Notes: a model not told the origin generated them from the sequence alone. Shown: positions 1 through 10,013, numbered from the stretch's first letter. The stretch: 64,000 nt of DNA from a candidate division WOR-3 bacterium (GCA_965649205.1 CBFGJV010000007.1:1-64000), one strand, 5' to 3'. A program made the numbers and translations.

Positions 1-1
1 A

Positions 2-1534
2 GTTCACGCACAGGAGCAGGTAACGGTCAAAGACATCATAGTAGAAAAGACGCTTGAGGGCGTCAGGGTTACTATTGCCTGCGCCGGTGTTCCTAATGTG
101 AGCTCATTTTTGTCGGATCAGCCGCCTGCGCTTGTGCTTGATTTCATGAACGCGGTATCCGGCCTGGAAAAGAAAAGGTTTGAGTCAAGTTTCTATCCGG
201 TCTCGGCCGTGACGGTTGAACCAAGCGAGGCGACCGTGGGAATGCGAGTCGCCATAAGATTGCGGCAGCCGGTAAAGCATAGTGTGCGCCGTGAAGAAGG
301 GGCGGTTGTCGTGGATGTGAGTACTACTCCTGTTTCTCCTGCTCCAACTCAGACGGAGGATGTTTTTGAGGGGAAAACAGTTACTCTGTATGTAAAGGAT
401 GCGGATGTTTCGGATGTGTTGCGCATGCTGGCCAGCCAGTTCAATTTGAACGTGCTTGTAACTCAGGACGTGAAATCGGTAGTTACTGTACGGCTTGCAG
501 ATGTGCCGCTGCGGACAGCTTTGGATGCGCTGCTTAAAGCCGGTTTGTGCAATATGGTTGAAGAAGACGACGGTATTCTGGTTATCAAACCGGTGAAGAA
601 GGCGATGTACGGAGAAACCCAGACCCGTATCTTTACTCTGGATTATGCTGAGGCGGAGGACGCTGCCGACGTGATTCAGAAGTCTTTGTCAGAGCAGGGC
701 AGCGTGAGAGTAGGGTATCGGCGAGTAGGGAAGGGAGGCGGGTCAACCCGGAGCGCGGTGTTGGTGGTGAACGATGTGCCCGAGGCATTGGACCGCATTG
801 CAAATGTAATTGCGGATTTGGACCGACCCGTGCCTCAGATTGCCATAGAAGCCAAGTTTGTGGAAACCACGCATTCCGCAGAAGACCGGTACGGCATTGA
901 GTGGATGCTGGCGGCTTCAGCCAGCACGGGAAACTTCAATCCAGAGAAGGATTTTGGATTTCCCTTGGTGTTTAAGGAGATGGTGCTGGGCAAGGTGTCC
1001 CTTGATCAGTTCCGGGCTACCCTGGACCTGCTTGCTACCCGCGGCAACGCGAGAATTCTGGCCAACCCGAATACCATAACTATGGATAACCAGACTGCTA
1101 CTGTGTCGATGGGAGTGGATGTTCCGCTGCGCGTGGTCCATAAGGATGCTCAGACCGGTGAAATAACCTATACCTGGTCGAAGCGTTCCATTCCCATATC
1201 TCTGGAAGTTACTCCTCACGTAACCTCTGACGGTAAGGTGACGATGAATGTCAAGCCTACCGTTGAAGCCATCACCGGTTGGGTAGGTTCGGCCGATGAC
1301 CAGCAACCTATCGTGGCCAAACGGAGCGCAGAGACTCAGATAACCGTAGCAGACGGAGAAGTGGCCGTAATCGGCGGACTAATCCGCGAAGAAGTAACTC
1401 ACAATGTCGGTAAGATACCTCTTCTTGGAGACATACCGATTCTGGGTAATCTTTTCAAGAAGACAACGGTACGACGGGATAAGAACGACTTGATGATTTT
1501 CATAATTCCGCGAGTAATGCCGGCTGAAGGTTAG
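2..1534 (+). CDS. pilQ: Type IV pilus secretin PilQ (5' truncated by window edge; AMIN-like, STN/Secretin_N, secretin domains)
   Basis: Frame open from base 2 (VHAQEQVTVKDIIVEK...); secretin C-terminal motif IPLLGDIPILGNLFK; upstream of pilT/pilD. Confidence 0.85.
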   Translation, partial: VHAQEQVTVKDIIVEKTLEGVRVTIACAGVPNVSSFLSDQPPALVLDFMNAVSGLEKKRFESSFYPVSAVTVEPSEATVGMRVAIRLRQPVKHSVRREEGAVVVDVSTTPVSPAPTQTEDVFEGKTVTLYVKDADVSDVLRMLASQFNLNVLVTQDVKSVVTVRLADVPLRTALDALLKAGLCNMVEEDDGILVIKPVKKAMYGETQTRIFTLDYAEAEDAADVIQKSLSEQGSVRVGYRRVGKGGGSTRSAVLVVNDVPEALDRIANVIADLDRPVPQIAIEAKFVETTHSAEDRYGIEWMLAASASTGNFNPEKDFGFPLVFKEMVLGKVSLDQFRATLDLLATRGNARILANPNTITMDNQTATVSMGVDVPLRVVHKDAQTGEITYTWSKRSIPISLEVTPHVTSDGKVTMNVKPTVEAITGWVGSADDQQPIVAKRSAETQITVADGEVAVIGGLIREEVTHNVGKIPLLGDIPILGNLFKKTTVRRDKNDLMIFIIPRVMPAEG

Positions 1535-1622
1535 AAAAAGGTTTTGTTTTTCCCTCGTCGGCTTCCTGTAGGAGGTCCTTGAACATAGCAGGTCTGGTGC
1601 CTGTGTAAGGAATGGATGCGCA

Positions 1623-2726
1623 ATGGACATAGATGAACTCCTACGATACGCGGTGAGGTTTGGCGCCTCTGACCTGCATCTGACAGTGGGAAATCCTCCG
1701 GTGCTGCGGGTGAACGGTGTTCTGAAACGGATACCGGGCTCGGCGTTGACCCAGGAGGATACGCAGACTCTAATCTATTCCATTTTGACCGAGGAGCAGC
1801 GGAAGGCTGTGGAAATGCGCAGGGAAATAGATCTTTCGTATACGTGGGGTACGAGGACAGGAAATGTCTGTGTGGAGTATTCCACGCCGGAGCGCATTCG
1901 GGCCCGGGTCAATGTGTTTTTAGACCTGTCCGGGCTGGGAGCGGCTTTTCGCATCATTCCCGCTCGTATCAGAAAACTGGAGGAGCTGCCAGCTCCGGAG
2001 TCGGTTGCGGAGCTGACCCGCGTTCCCTCCGGACTGGTTCTTGTCACCGGGCCGACGGGTTGCGGCAAGTCTACTACCCTTGCCAGTATGATACAGCAGA
2101 TTGATCAAGAACGTACGGCCCGTATTATCACTATCGAGGACCCGATAGAATACATATTTCAGGCACGTAACTGTCTCATCAGCCAGAGAGAAATAGGAAC
2201 GCACTCCCGATCTTTTGCTGCAGCGCTGCGCGCCTGTCTGCGGGAAGACCCTAATGTACTGTTGGTGGGCGAAATGCGTGATCTGGAAACAATACAGCTG
2301 GCATTGATTGCGGCTGAAACCGGACATCTGGTATTGTCTACCTTGCACACCAGCAGTGTTTCCCAGACTGTGGATAGGGTTGTGGACGTTTTTCCGGCCG
2401 ACCAGCACGAATATGTGCGTCAGATATTTTCTAACGTCATTCGAGGAATCATTTCCCAGAAACTGGTTCTGCGCAAGGATGGCAGCGGAAGAATAGCGGC
2501 AATGGAAGTTCTGGTGGCCACACCGGCAGTCAGGAATCTGATAAGAGAAAAGAAGTCGCATCAGGTATTCTCGGCAGTGCAGACCGGGTCTGAGTACGGC
2601 ATGCAGACGATGGACCAATGTTTGTCTTGGTTGCTGGAGCAGGACCTTATAACCGAGCAGACTGCCTATGAGGCAGCGGTTGACAAAAAACTGTTCATGC
2701 CCGGTATTGAAACAGTACCTTTCTAG
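1623..2726 (+). CDS. pilT: Type IV pilus retraction ATPase PilT
   Basis: ASDLHL, Walker A GPTGCGKST, TIEDPIE, LREDPNVLLVGEMRD, ETGHLVLSTLH, AVRNLIRE. Confidence 0.92.
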   Translation: MDIDELLRYAVRFGASDLHLTVGNPPVLRVNGVLKRIPGSALTQEDTQTLIYSILTEEQRKAVEMRREIDLSYTWGTRTGNVCVEYSTPERIRARVNVFLDLSGLGAAFRIIPARIRKLEELPAPESVAELTRVPSGLVLVTGPTGCGKSTTLASMIQQIDQERTARIITIEDPIEYIFQARNCLISQREIGTHSRSFAAALRACLREDPNVLLVGEMRDLETIQLALIAAETGHLVLSTLHTSSVSQTVDRVVDVFPADQHEYVRQIFSNVIRGIISQKLVLRKDGSGRIAAMEVLVATPAVRNLIREKKSHQVFSAVQTGSEYGMQTMDQCLSWLLEQDLITEQTAYEAAVDKKLFMPGIETVPF

Positions 2727-2732
2727 ACGGCA

Positions 2733-3533
2733 GTGATAGCGCTCCTGCTGCTTATTCTGGGGTTGGTCCTGGGCAGCTTTCTGAATGTGTGTATCTGGCG
2801 CATTCCCCGAGGCGAATCAGTCGTTACGCCCCCTTCTCATTGTCCTAAGTGTGGTAGGAGAATAAGGGGATACGATAACATTCCCGTGCTGTCTTATATC
2901 ATTCTCGGCGGTCGGTGTAGAGATTGCGGCAGACGTATATCCCTGCGTTATCCTGTGGTGGAAGCATTGGTTGGTCTGCTTTTTGTTGCGTCTTATTTGC
3001 GTTTTGGGTTGGACTGGACATTGCTTCGTGCCTTGGTGTTTGTCTGCCTGCTTGTGGTTATGGCTTTTATTGACCTTGATCACCAGATAATTCCGTTCCA
3101 GATTAGCGTACCCGGTGTGATACTGGGGCTGGGCGGTTCGTTTTTGCCTGGTTCGGAAATTACAATTGCGGAGGCATTGCTCGGAGCGGGAATGGGGGCG
3201 GCCTTTGTCTTTTTTGCTATTGCGCTATGGCGGTATGTTTTGGCTGGGGTTTTCCGTAGGTTCGGTATAGACCAGAAGGAAGGAATGGGTTTCGGGGACT
3301 TACCTTTGGCAGCAATGATTGGCGCTTTTGTGGGTTGGCGGAGTCTTCTGGTTGCTTTGTTCTGCGCTGTTCTGTCCGGCATAGTCGCAGGACTGGTACA
3401 GCGCGCAAGGGGAAAGGCAACCAAAGGGCAACCGATGCCATTCGGACCTTTCCTGGCTTTGGGCGGCGTGGTCGGGCTGTTCTTCGGCTCCGACCTTTTC
3501 AGCTTGTACATTAGCGCAGTTCTCGGCCGGTAG
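2733..3533 (+). CDS. pilD: Prepilin peptidase/N-methyltransferase (A24)
   Basis: GSFLNVCIWRIP, CPKC/CRDC Zn motifs, GMGFGD, PFGPFL. Confidence 0.93.
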   Translation: MIALLLLILGLVLGSFLNVCIWRIPRGESVVTPPSHCPKCGRRIRGYDNIPVLSYIILGGRCRDCGRRISLRYPVVEALVGLLFVASYLRFGLDWTLLRALVFVCLLVVMAFIDLDHQIIPFQISVPGVILGLGGSFLPGSEITIAEALLGAGMGAAFVFFAIALWRYVLAGVFRRFGIDQKEGMGFGDLPLAAMIGAFVGWRSLLVALFCAVLSGIVAGLVQRARGKATKGQPMPFGPFLALGGVVGLFFGSDLFSLYISAVLGR

Positions 3534-4015
3534 ATTGTTTCCGGCTACCGGTTCACTTTTTAGCTTTGTTTTTGTGGTCGGCCCGTTCAGCTAAAATTTC
3601 CCCGGGATATGCCCAAGATGTAAATTGATGGATGTGTTTTCTGCCCTCTCCCCAGTGTGGGGGCCGTCTAGGGGGCAGGTGGGGTTTGAGCGCGTATCAG
3701 CGATGTAATTTCTTGTTTTTTAGAAGGATAGATAGAAATGGAGAAAAAATAATTGATGGACGTTTGCTGGGTCGGAGGGGTATCAGGCTGCTGTAAAAGG
3801 AAACCAAAAGAAAAAGGTGAAAACTTGATCTTTGCTCAGGCGCAGAGGGAGTTGTTGGGAGGAATTTCTGGGTCGGCCGGGAGATATTCCCTGGCTGATG
3901 TCTAGCAGTGAGCGTAGCGATGAAGACAGGGGCAGAATTTGGGGCATGCGTGTTTTTTTAGGGTTGGTTGTTTTGCATGGGAGTAAAGTGCAGCTACATG
4001 ATGGTCGCTCGGCAG

Positions 4016-4048
4016 AAAAAACCAGGGGCGGTACTGCGCCGCCCCTGG
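4016..4048 (-). terminator. Intrinsic terminator of the OmpA-domain gene
   Basis: 10-bp stem CCAGGGGCGG/CCGCCCCTGG followed by T6 on the - strand, 22 nt after the stop. Confidence 0.85.
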
Positions 4049-4070
4049 CGGTATACGGTTGTAAGAGAAG

Positions 4071-6017
4071 CTATTTCAGTATTACAAAAACCGTTCGTCG
4101 GTTGAGGGCTTTACCTTCGGGAGTTGCGTTAGAAGCGACTGGCTGTGACTCTCCGTATCCTTTGGCAATCATTCTGCTTGGGTCAATGGCAAAGTTTTGT
4201 ACGAGATAAGTGAGTACCGCCTGGGCGCGTCGCTCGGAGAGTTGCAGATTGTAGTCTTCGGGGCCGTCGCTGTCAGTGTGTCCCTGTATTTCCACCCTTA
4301 TGTCTGGATTGTCCTGCAGTATCTTGGCCGCCTCGGCCAGAGCCGGATAAGACTCGGGTTTGATGGTTGCCTTGTTAACCTCAAAGTAAATCCCGCGTAA
4401 CGTGATTGCCTCTCCGGCCTTAACCAGTTCGAAGTCGCGTACCAGGGGCTGACCTTCGATGAGGACTATAGCCGCAGTCTGGTCTATGTAGCCCTCCGAA
4501 GATACCTTCACAGCATAAGAACCGACTGGGAGTTCTGCTGTAAAGACGCCAGTAGCGGGGTCGGTAGAAATTTCGGGCAGGTCACTTCCCGGGAAGGAGA
4601 TGGTGGCGGCGAGCGGTCCGCCTGTTTTCTTGCTTGATACCTTGCCGGTGAAGGTAGATTTGGCGGCAAGGGGACGCAGAGAAAACTGGGGGGTGGCTAT
4701 CTTGTTTTCTTCTACCTGTACCGTGAGAGAAGACTGGAAGTAGCCGTCGCAGGAAACAACGATGTTGTAGATGCCTACTGGTACGTTGTCAATGCGGAAG
4801 GAACCGGTAGCTGGGTCGGAAGCTGCTGGTTGCAGATCAGAGCCGGGGAACTCTATTTTTGCGGCTAAGGGTTTGCCAGTGTTTGCGTCCATAACTGTCC
4901 CGGCGATTACACCGTAGGTGACCCGAGGCTTCATGACAAACTGGTACTGGGTCAGAACGCCAGGTTTTACCTCGATAGGGATGGCCTGAGTATGGTAACC
5001 TTCGGCTGCCACTTCAACCAGGATGGCGCCAGCAGGAATCTTCTTGACCTGAAATACGCCTGTTGCACTGTCAGTCATCAGGGGCTTCAGGCTGGGATAT
5101 TCCGGAAAGGAAACCCGGGCCGCAAGCGGTAGACCGGTGCGGCTGTCAGTCACGGTCCCGGCCAGAGTGCCAAACTGGGGCGGAGTTCTTTTGCCAAACG
5201 GTGTGGCTACAACAATGCCCATCATCGCTTCATTTACCGTCGCCGGACCCCAGGCAAAGGTGTAGCCAAGTTTAAGCGTGCCTCCTGTGTTTCCGGAACC
5301 AAATGCGACGCCGGGTGTGATACGCACGGTTCCGTTTCTTGTGTCAAATAAGCCAGTAGAGGAATCAGTCTGTTGCGAATAGACCTCTGCAGACAGGGCG
5401 AAGTCGGACGCAGCCAGCTCCAAGCCGACGCCGTAGTTTGTCAACCGATTGAGCTTTCCGTAATTGAATAGGAGATTAGGCACGGGAGGGGCAAGTTCCT
5501 GAAGCTGCAGTGTAACCAGGGCAGTCCAGGTATAGGCCGGGTCTGTTGCTTTAGGGAGGGCTTCAGGGTCAAGCCAGCCACGCGTCGTACGGTCGCCGGG
5601 CGGGAAGGTATAGGAGCTGGTGAAGCCAAGTTTCAAAACGGGTAAGAGGGGAAAAGAGAGTTTCGCTCCAGCTCTGAGGTCGTGCAGCCCCATGTCCAGC
5701 TTGATTTCTGTTGTGTCCTTGGGGAATTGAAATACGCCACCCCAGGAGCCAAACAGTTCCAATCCCAGGTACTTTGTAGCCAAAGGAGCATAGCTTAGTT
5801 CCGGCGCAATCAGATCGGCAATCCAGCCTTTGCGTTCAGAGCCGGGAAAGCTGGGATGTCGACCCAGGGCAGAAAGGGAAATTGTCAGCCCGGCCTCTGA
5901 TTCCACCAGCGCATTCTGCATGCGGAACAGGCCGCGGCCACCGCCGATGGCCGGGTAGGCTCCCGCTGAGCCGATAACCAGAATGACGGGCAGGACAAGA
6001 CACCACGTTTTTCTCAT
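4071..6017 (-). CDS. OmpA-family protein: signal peptide, putative beta-barrel, three carboxypeptidase-regulatory-like domains, C-terminal OmpA peptidoglycan-binding domain
   Basis: ATG 6017 with AGGAGG RBS; three G.V.D..TG.PL.A repeats; GHTD...N..LSERRA...GYGE...NRR. Confidence 0.88.
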   Translation of the reverse strand: MRKTWCLVLPVILVIGSAGAYPAIGGGRGLFRMQNALVESEAGLTISLSALGRHPSFPGSERKGWIADLIAPELSYAPLATKYLGLELFGSWGGVFQFPKDTTEIKLDMGLHDLRAGAKLSFPLLPVLKLGFTSSYTFPPGDRTTRGWLDPEALPKATDPAYTWTALVTLQLQELAPPVPNLLFNYGKLNRLTNYGVGLELAASDFALSAEVYSQQTDSSTGLFDTRNGTVRITPGVAFGSGNTGGTLKLGYTFAWGPATVNEAMMGIVVATPFGKRTPPQFGTLAGTVTDSRTGLPLAARVSFPEYPSLKPLMTDSATGVFQVKKIPAGAILVEVAAEGYHTQAIPIEVKPGVLTQYQFVMKPRVTYGVIAGTVMDANTGKPLAAKIEFPGSDLQPAASDPATGSFRIDNVPVGIYNIVVSCDGYFQSSLTVQVEENKIATPQFSLRPLAAKSTFTGKVSSKKTGGPLAATISFPGSDLPEISTDPATGVFTAELPVGSYAVKVSSEGYIDQTAAIVLIEGQPLVRDFELVKAGEAITLRGIYFEVNKATIKPESYPALAEAAKILQDNPDIRVEIQGHTDSDGPEDYNLQLSERRAQAVLTYLVQNFAIDPSRMIAKGYGESQPVASNATPEGKALNRRTVFVILK

Positions 6018-6108
6018 ACTTTCCTCCTTGCAGATTTCCCGCCTCAAGCGGGGTATTTGGTTATAGCGTTCACGTACGACAGCTAACGCGTCGCCGCAAG
6101 AAGCCAGC

Positions 6109-6717
6109 TTACTGGCCTATAGTACTGGGATCGTCCCAGTAGTTCCCGAAGTTTACCGTGAACTCAGTCTGGGCTTCTATGGGCTTACCTGAGGCATCGT
6201 CGTTACCGGAAACTTTTATGGAAACGCGGACGGTTACGTTGCCGCCTGTTTCTGTCGGATCGTCGGCAACTTCCAGATTCTTTTCTTTCCATTGTCCGGT
6301 GACGATGGGGAAGGTAGCCTTGGCAGTTTTTATACCCTTGACATCCGCGGGTACGACAATGTCGGTATTTATGATGACCTTCTGAGGATCAAACACCAGC
6401 GGAGGGACGCTGCTTACATCTCGATATGTAAGTTCAATCTTCTTGATATGGGCCTGATACGGAGTCCACGTGGGCAGACCGAGACCGATTTCCACATATT
6501 GCAGTTCAATTTCTACGATGTCCGAAGTGGTGTAAGGGATCAGTTTGGGTTCAGGTTGCGGTTCAGTAGGGTCTGTCCAAGTAGTGAAGTCGGTGATGTC
6601 GCCGAATGTTGCACCCTGCGGAGTTACTGCCACGATGCGCAGCGCATTATCTCGCTGGCAGCCCGCGACCAATAAAACGAAAAATGCCAACAACGGTCCA
6701 CAAACAAAGCGACGCAT
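6109..6717 (-). CDS. Hypothetical lipoprotein
   Basis: ATG 6717 with AAGGAGG RBS; lipobox LVAG-C; co-oriented with the OmpA gene. Confidence 0.8.
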   Translation of the reverse strand: MRRFVCGPLLAFFVLLVAGCQRDNALRIVAVTPQGATFGDITDFTTWTDPTEPQPEPKLIPYTTSDIVEIELQYVEIGLGLPTWTPYQAHIKKIELTYRDVSSVPPLVFDPQKVIINTDIVVPADVKGIKTAKATFPIVTGQWKEKNLEVADDPTETGGNVTVRVSIKVSGNDDASGKPIEAQTEFTVNFGNYWDDPSTIGQ

Positions 6718-6743
6718 TAGCTCCTCCTTATGTACTTTGCAAA

Positions 6744-6771
6744 ATTGTAGTGGCATGCCGCAGACTGTCAA
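6744..6771 (-). promoter_or_regulatory. sigma70-type promoter (lipoprotein-OmpA)
   Basis: TTGACA-N16-TACAAT. Confidence 0.75.
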
Positions 6772-6938
6772 GAATGTAAGGAAGTAAGGAAACCTAATCT
6801 GCAAACAGGAAAACCCTAGCGTGGTATGGCTTAGAAGCACGAAAGAATCAGGGCGAGGCGTTTTGGAGGCTCTGACTGTGAGACGGCCGCTAGAGAAACG
6901 GCAGAGTTTTTGGGGCTGGAATAAGCTTACGTACCTGC

Positions 6939-6966
6939 TTGACGGATGGCAATTCTGAGATAAGAT
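6939..6966 (+). promoter_or_regulatory. sigma70-type promoter of the tRNA cluster
   Basis: TTGACG-N16-TAAGAT, 28 nt before tRNA-Thr. Confidence 0.7.
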
Positions 6967-6994
6967 ACATCCTGATGTTGGAGTGAAGGCAGGT

Positions 6995-7067
6995 GCCGAC
7001 ATAGCTCAGTTGGTAGAGCAGTGGTTTTGTAAACCTCAGGTCGGGGGTTCGAATCCCTCTGTCGGCT
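6995..7067 (+). tRNA. tRNA-Thr(TGT)
   Basis: GCCGACA acceptor stem, anticodon loop TTTGTAA, GTTCGAATC T-loop; CCA not encoded. Confidence 0.95.
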
Positions 7068-7112
7068 AAGGTTGGAGTGCTCTGAAAAAAGGAGCACATA
7101 GACGCTTTCTGT

Positions 7113-7195
7113 GGACGGGTTCCCGAGTGGTTAAAGGGGGCAGACTGTAAATCTGCTGGCATTCGCCTACGGAGGTTCGAATCCTTCCCCGTCCA
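7113..7195 (+). tRNA. tRNA-Tyr(GTA)
   Basis: GGACGGG/CCCGTCC acceptor stem, CTGTAAA loop, long variable arm. Confidence 0.95.
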
Positions 7196-7349
7196 CTTTT
7201 GAATTGTTTACATGTGGCGCTCAAGCCACTTCTGGTTGAAGTAGCGTTTTCGTGGTTTTTGGGCTGTGAGCGGTACAGGTTTTTCGCTAAGTGTCGCTAG
7301 AAGGGGAAAAACTGTGCCGAGTGATGTAACCACGGTACCGTAATCTTTT

Positions 7350-7420
7350 GCGGGCGTGGTGTAGCGGTAGCACAACAGCCTTCCAAGCTGTTTGCGTGGG
7401 TTCGACTCCCATCGCCCGCT
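7350..7420 (+). tRNA. tRNA-Gly(TCC)
   Basis: GCGGGCG/CGCCCGC acceptor stem, CTTCCAA loop. Confidence 0.95.
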
Positions 7421-7546
7421 CTTTACCCGCCAGGAGTTGGCAGAAAATACAACTGCCTGTTTTCCAGCTGGTTACGTAGCGTTAACCTGCGGAATTTTGG
7501 ATTTCGTCTGGCTTTATGATATGTGCATAGCGGGTGAAATTAGTTG

Positions 7547-7574
7547 TTGACAGGACGAATGTTATAGATATAAT
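7547..7574 (+). promoter_or_regulatory. Consensus sigma70 promoter for the tRNA-Thr-tuf operon
   Basis: TTGACA-N16-TATAAT. Confidence 0.85.
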
Positions 7575-7593
7575 ACACGGCTGTTTAACAAAC

Positions 7594-7666
7594 GCCCATG
7601 TAGCTCAGTCGGTAGAGCACTTCCTTGGTAAGGAAGTGGTCGCCGGTTCGATTCCGGCCGTGGGCT
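7594..7666 (+). tRNA. tRNA-Thr(GGT)
   Basis: GCCCATG/CGTGGGC acceptor stem, TTGGTAA loop; canonical Thr-Tyr-Gly-Thr-tuf order. Confidence 0.95.
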
Positions 7667-7748
7667 TGTGAGAGCGCAGAACGGCGCTCCACTGCTATAA
7701 GAAAAGATAATGAAGTTCTGAGAGTCGTCAACTAAGGAGGTTCGCAAA

Positions 7749-8951
7749 ATGGCTAAGGCAAAGTTTGAACGGACAAAGCCGCACGTCAATGTTGGCACTA
7801 TCGGTCACGTGGACCATGGCAAAACCACACTGACCGCTGCCATCACAAAGGTTCTGGAAAGAAAGGGCCTGGCCAAGTATGTCACTTATGACCAGGTGGC
7901 CAAGGCTTCTGAGGCACACGGTCGCCGCGACGAAACAAAGATTCTGACTATCGCTATATCCCATCAGGAATATCAGTCAGAAAAGCGGCACTATGCGCAT
8001 ATTGACTGCCCGGGCCATGCGGACTATATCAAAAACATGATTACGGGCGCGGCGCAGATGGATGGTGCCATATTGGTAGTGTCTGCGGCTGACGGCCCGA
8101 TGCCCCAGACTACCGAGCACGTACTGCTGGCTCGGCAGGTAAACGTGCCCGCTATGGTGGTTTATCTGAATAAAGTTGACCTAGTTGACGACCCAGAACT
8201 CATTGATTTGGTGGAGCTGGAGATACGCGACATTCTGAATAAGTACGAGTTTCCTGGTGACAAGACCCCCATTATCCGCGGTTCTGCGCTCAAGGCACTG
8301 ACAGAGGAGAGTGGACCGAATGTAGAGTCTATAGAGAAGCTGGTGCAGGCGTTGGACGAGTTTATTCCTGATCCGGTACGGGAAGTGGACAAGCCGTTCC
8401 TCATGCCGGTGGAGGACATTTTCTCCATTACCGGTCGCGGCACGGTGGTGACCGGCAGGGTTGAGCGCGGAAGGTTATTACCCAACTCCGAAGTGGAAAT
8501 CGTTGGCTTCGGCAAGCACGACAAGTGTGTGGTCACGTCCATTGAAATGTTCCGTAAGGTTTTGGATTCGGCCGAAGCGGGTGACAATGTGGGACTGCTT
8601 CTGCGTGGTGTGGCCAAGGAAGATGTGGAGCGAGGTATGGTTATAGCCGCGCCCGGTTCTATCAAACCCCATCGGAAGTTTAAGGGCGAGGTTTACGTAC
8701 TGACCAAGGAAGAAGGCGGTCGTCATACACCGTTCTTCCCCGGATATCGCCCCCAGTTCTATATCCGTACTACCGACGTCACTGGCTCGGTTACTCTGCC
8801 TGAGGGTATGGAGATGGTGATGCCCGGAGACCACGTTACTATGACGATTGAGCTTATCACACCGGTGGCGTTGGAACAGAACTCCAAATTCGCCATCCGG
8901 GAAGGTGGTCGCACTGTAGGCGCGGGAACAGTAGTCGAGGTTATAGAATAG
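7749..8951 (+). CDS. tuf: Elongation factor Tu
   Basis: [29 protein letters not shown]. Confidence 0.99.
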   Translation: MAKAKFERTKPHVNVGTIGHVDHGKTTLTAAITKVLERKGLAKYVTYDQVAKASEAHGRRDETKILTIAISHQEYQSEKRHYAHIDCPGHADYIKNMITGAAQMDGAILVVSAADGPMPQTTEHVLLARQVNVPAMVVYLNKVDLVDDPELIDLVELEIRDILNKYEFPGDKTPIIRGSALKALTEESGPNVESIEKLVQALDEFIPDPVREVDKPFLMPVEDIFSITGRGTVVTGRVERGRLLPNSEVEIVGFGKHDKCVVTSIEMFRKVLDSAEAGDNVGLLLRGVAKEDVERGMVIAAPGSIKPHRKFKGEVYVLTKEEGGRHTPFFPGYRPQFYIRTTDVTGSVTLPEGMEMVMPGDHVTMTIELITPVALEQNSKFAIREGGRTVGAGTVVEVIE

Positions 8952-8952
8952 G

Positions 8953-9099
8953 ATGCAGGTCCAGATTTCTCTTGCTTGCGGAGAGTGCAAGAACCGCAAC
9001 TATCACACCAAGAAGAATAAGAAGCAGACAGAGCGTCTTACTTTGTCCAAGTACTGTCCTGTGTGTCGCAAGCACACAGAGCACAAGGAAGTGAAGTAA
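8953..9099 (+). CDS. rpmG: 50S ribosomal protein L33 (Zn-ribbon type)
   Basis: Manual translation [48 protein letters not shown]; absent from the ORF track. Confidence 0.95.
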   Translation: MQVQISLACGECKNRNYHTKKNKKQTERLTLSKYCPVCRKHTEHKEVK

Positions 9100-9104
9100 C
9101 CGTG

Positions 9105-9269
9105 ATGGATTACGCTTTTCGTCCTCTGCTTGCTTGTGATTTGGGGCCGGCCTGGAGCGGTAGTGGGGGCGGAAAGTGGGACACAGAGGCCAGTAGCTCT
9201 AACGGCAGAGCGGCGGACTCCAAATCCGTAGGTTGGGGGTTCAAATCCCTCCTGGCCTGTAGTCTTTAG
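9105..9269 (+). other. Candidate bridge ORF rpmG to secE (54 aa) reading through tRNA-Trp
   Basis: GTG 9102/ATG 9105 just after the rpmG TAA; open through the tRNA; TAG 12 nt before the secE GTG. Confidence 0.35.
9187..9259 (+). tRNA. tRNA-Trp(CCA)
   Basis: AGGCCAG/CTGGCCT acceptor stem, CTCCAAA loop; conserved rpmG-trnW-secE position. Confidence 0.95.
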
Positions 9270-9281
9270 AGGTGTAGACGC

Positions 9282-9473
9282 GTGAACATTTTCAAGCGTA
9301 TCAGGAACTACCTGGCGGAAGTAGTGGCGGAGCTGAAAAAGGTTTCATGGGTGAAACGTAAAGAGCTTTTCACTACGACCTTGGTAGTGATTATCTTTTC
9401 TACTATTCTGGCGGCGTTTATTTTTATCTTCGACTTTATCTTTTCCCGCCTTTTGCATCTGATTTTGAGTTAG
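9282..9473 (+). CDS. secE: Preprotein translocase subunit SecE
   Basis: ELKKVSW motif plus one TM helix. Confidence 0.95.
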   Translation: MNIFKRIRNYLAEVVAELKKVSWVKRKELFTTTLVVIIFSTILAAFIFIFDFIFSRLLHLILS

Positions 9474-9488
9474 GCGGGGTAGCAAGAA

Positions 9489-10013
9489 ATGAAGTTTTTC
9501 GTAGTCCATACTTACACCGGGCGAGAGCGCAAAGTGAAAGAATTGTTGGAAAAGGCGATCGAAGCCAACGGACTGAAGGATATATTCGGCCGGGTCATAG
9601 TTCCGGCCGAGAAAGTGACTCGGGTGAAAAAATCCCGGTTGGTGCCGGATGAACGTCAGCTGTATCCTGGTTACATAATGGTAGAAATGGAGCCGGTGGA
9701 AAAAGCGTTCAATCTGGTAAACTCCATACCCGGCGTAACGCATATGCTGGGTACTCGGACCGAGCCGATAGCTTTGACTGACGAGGAAGTGCAGGCTACC
9801 TTGGATCAGATCGAACGAGGTTTGACACAGGCGCAGCCGGAGGTGCCTTTCGAGAAAGGGGAAAATGTCAAGGTAACAAAAGGACCTTTTGCCGGCTTCA
9901 CAGGGCAGGTGGAGGAAATTTTTGCCGAGCGGCGGCGAGTGAAGGTAACTGTAACTATTTTCGGCCGGCCTACACCGATAGATTTGGATTTTCTTGATGT
10001 ACAGCCTATCTGA
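9489..10013 (+). CDS. nusG: Transcription termination/antitermination factor NusG
   Basis: YPGYIMVEM, KOW GPFAGFTG, IFGRPTP. Confidence 0.97.
   Translation: MKFFVVHTYTGRERKVKELLEKAIEANGLKDIFGRVIVPAEKVTRVKKSRLVPDERQLYPGYIMVEMEPVEKAFNLVNSIPGVTHMLGTRTEPIALTDEEVQATLDQIERGLTQAQPEVPFEKGENVKVTKGPFAGFTGQVEEIFAERRRVKVTVTIFGRPTPIDLDFLDVQPI

Noticed and set aside
1535..1622. Possible bridge ORF between pilQ and pilT
   Set aside because: No single frame with a start near the pilQ stop reaches pilT; only a contrived chain of tiny ORFs. Counted as an exception
3832..4209. 125-aa plus-strand ORF in the pilD-ompA gap
   Set aside because: TTG start, no protein-like features, overlaps the terminator and the OmpA 3' end
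6018..6108. Possible bridge ORF between the lipoprotein and OmpA genes
   Set aside because: The frame ending on the OmpA ATGA is interrupted by a stop. Counted as an exception
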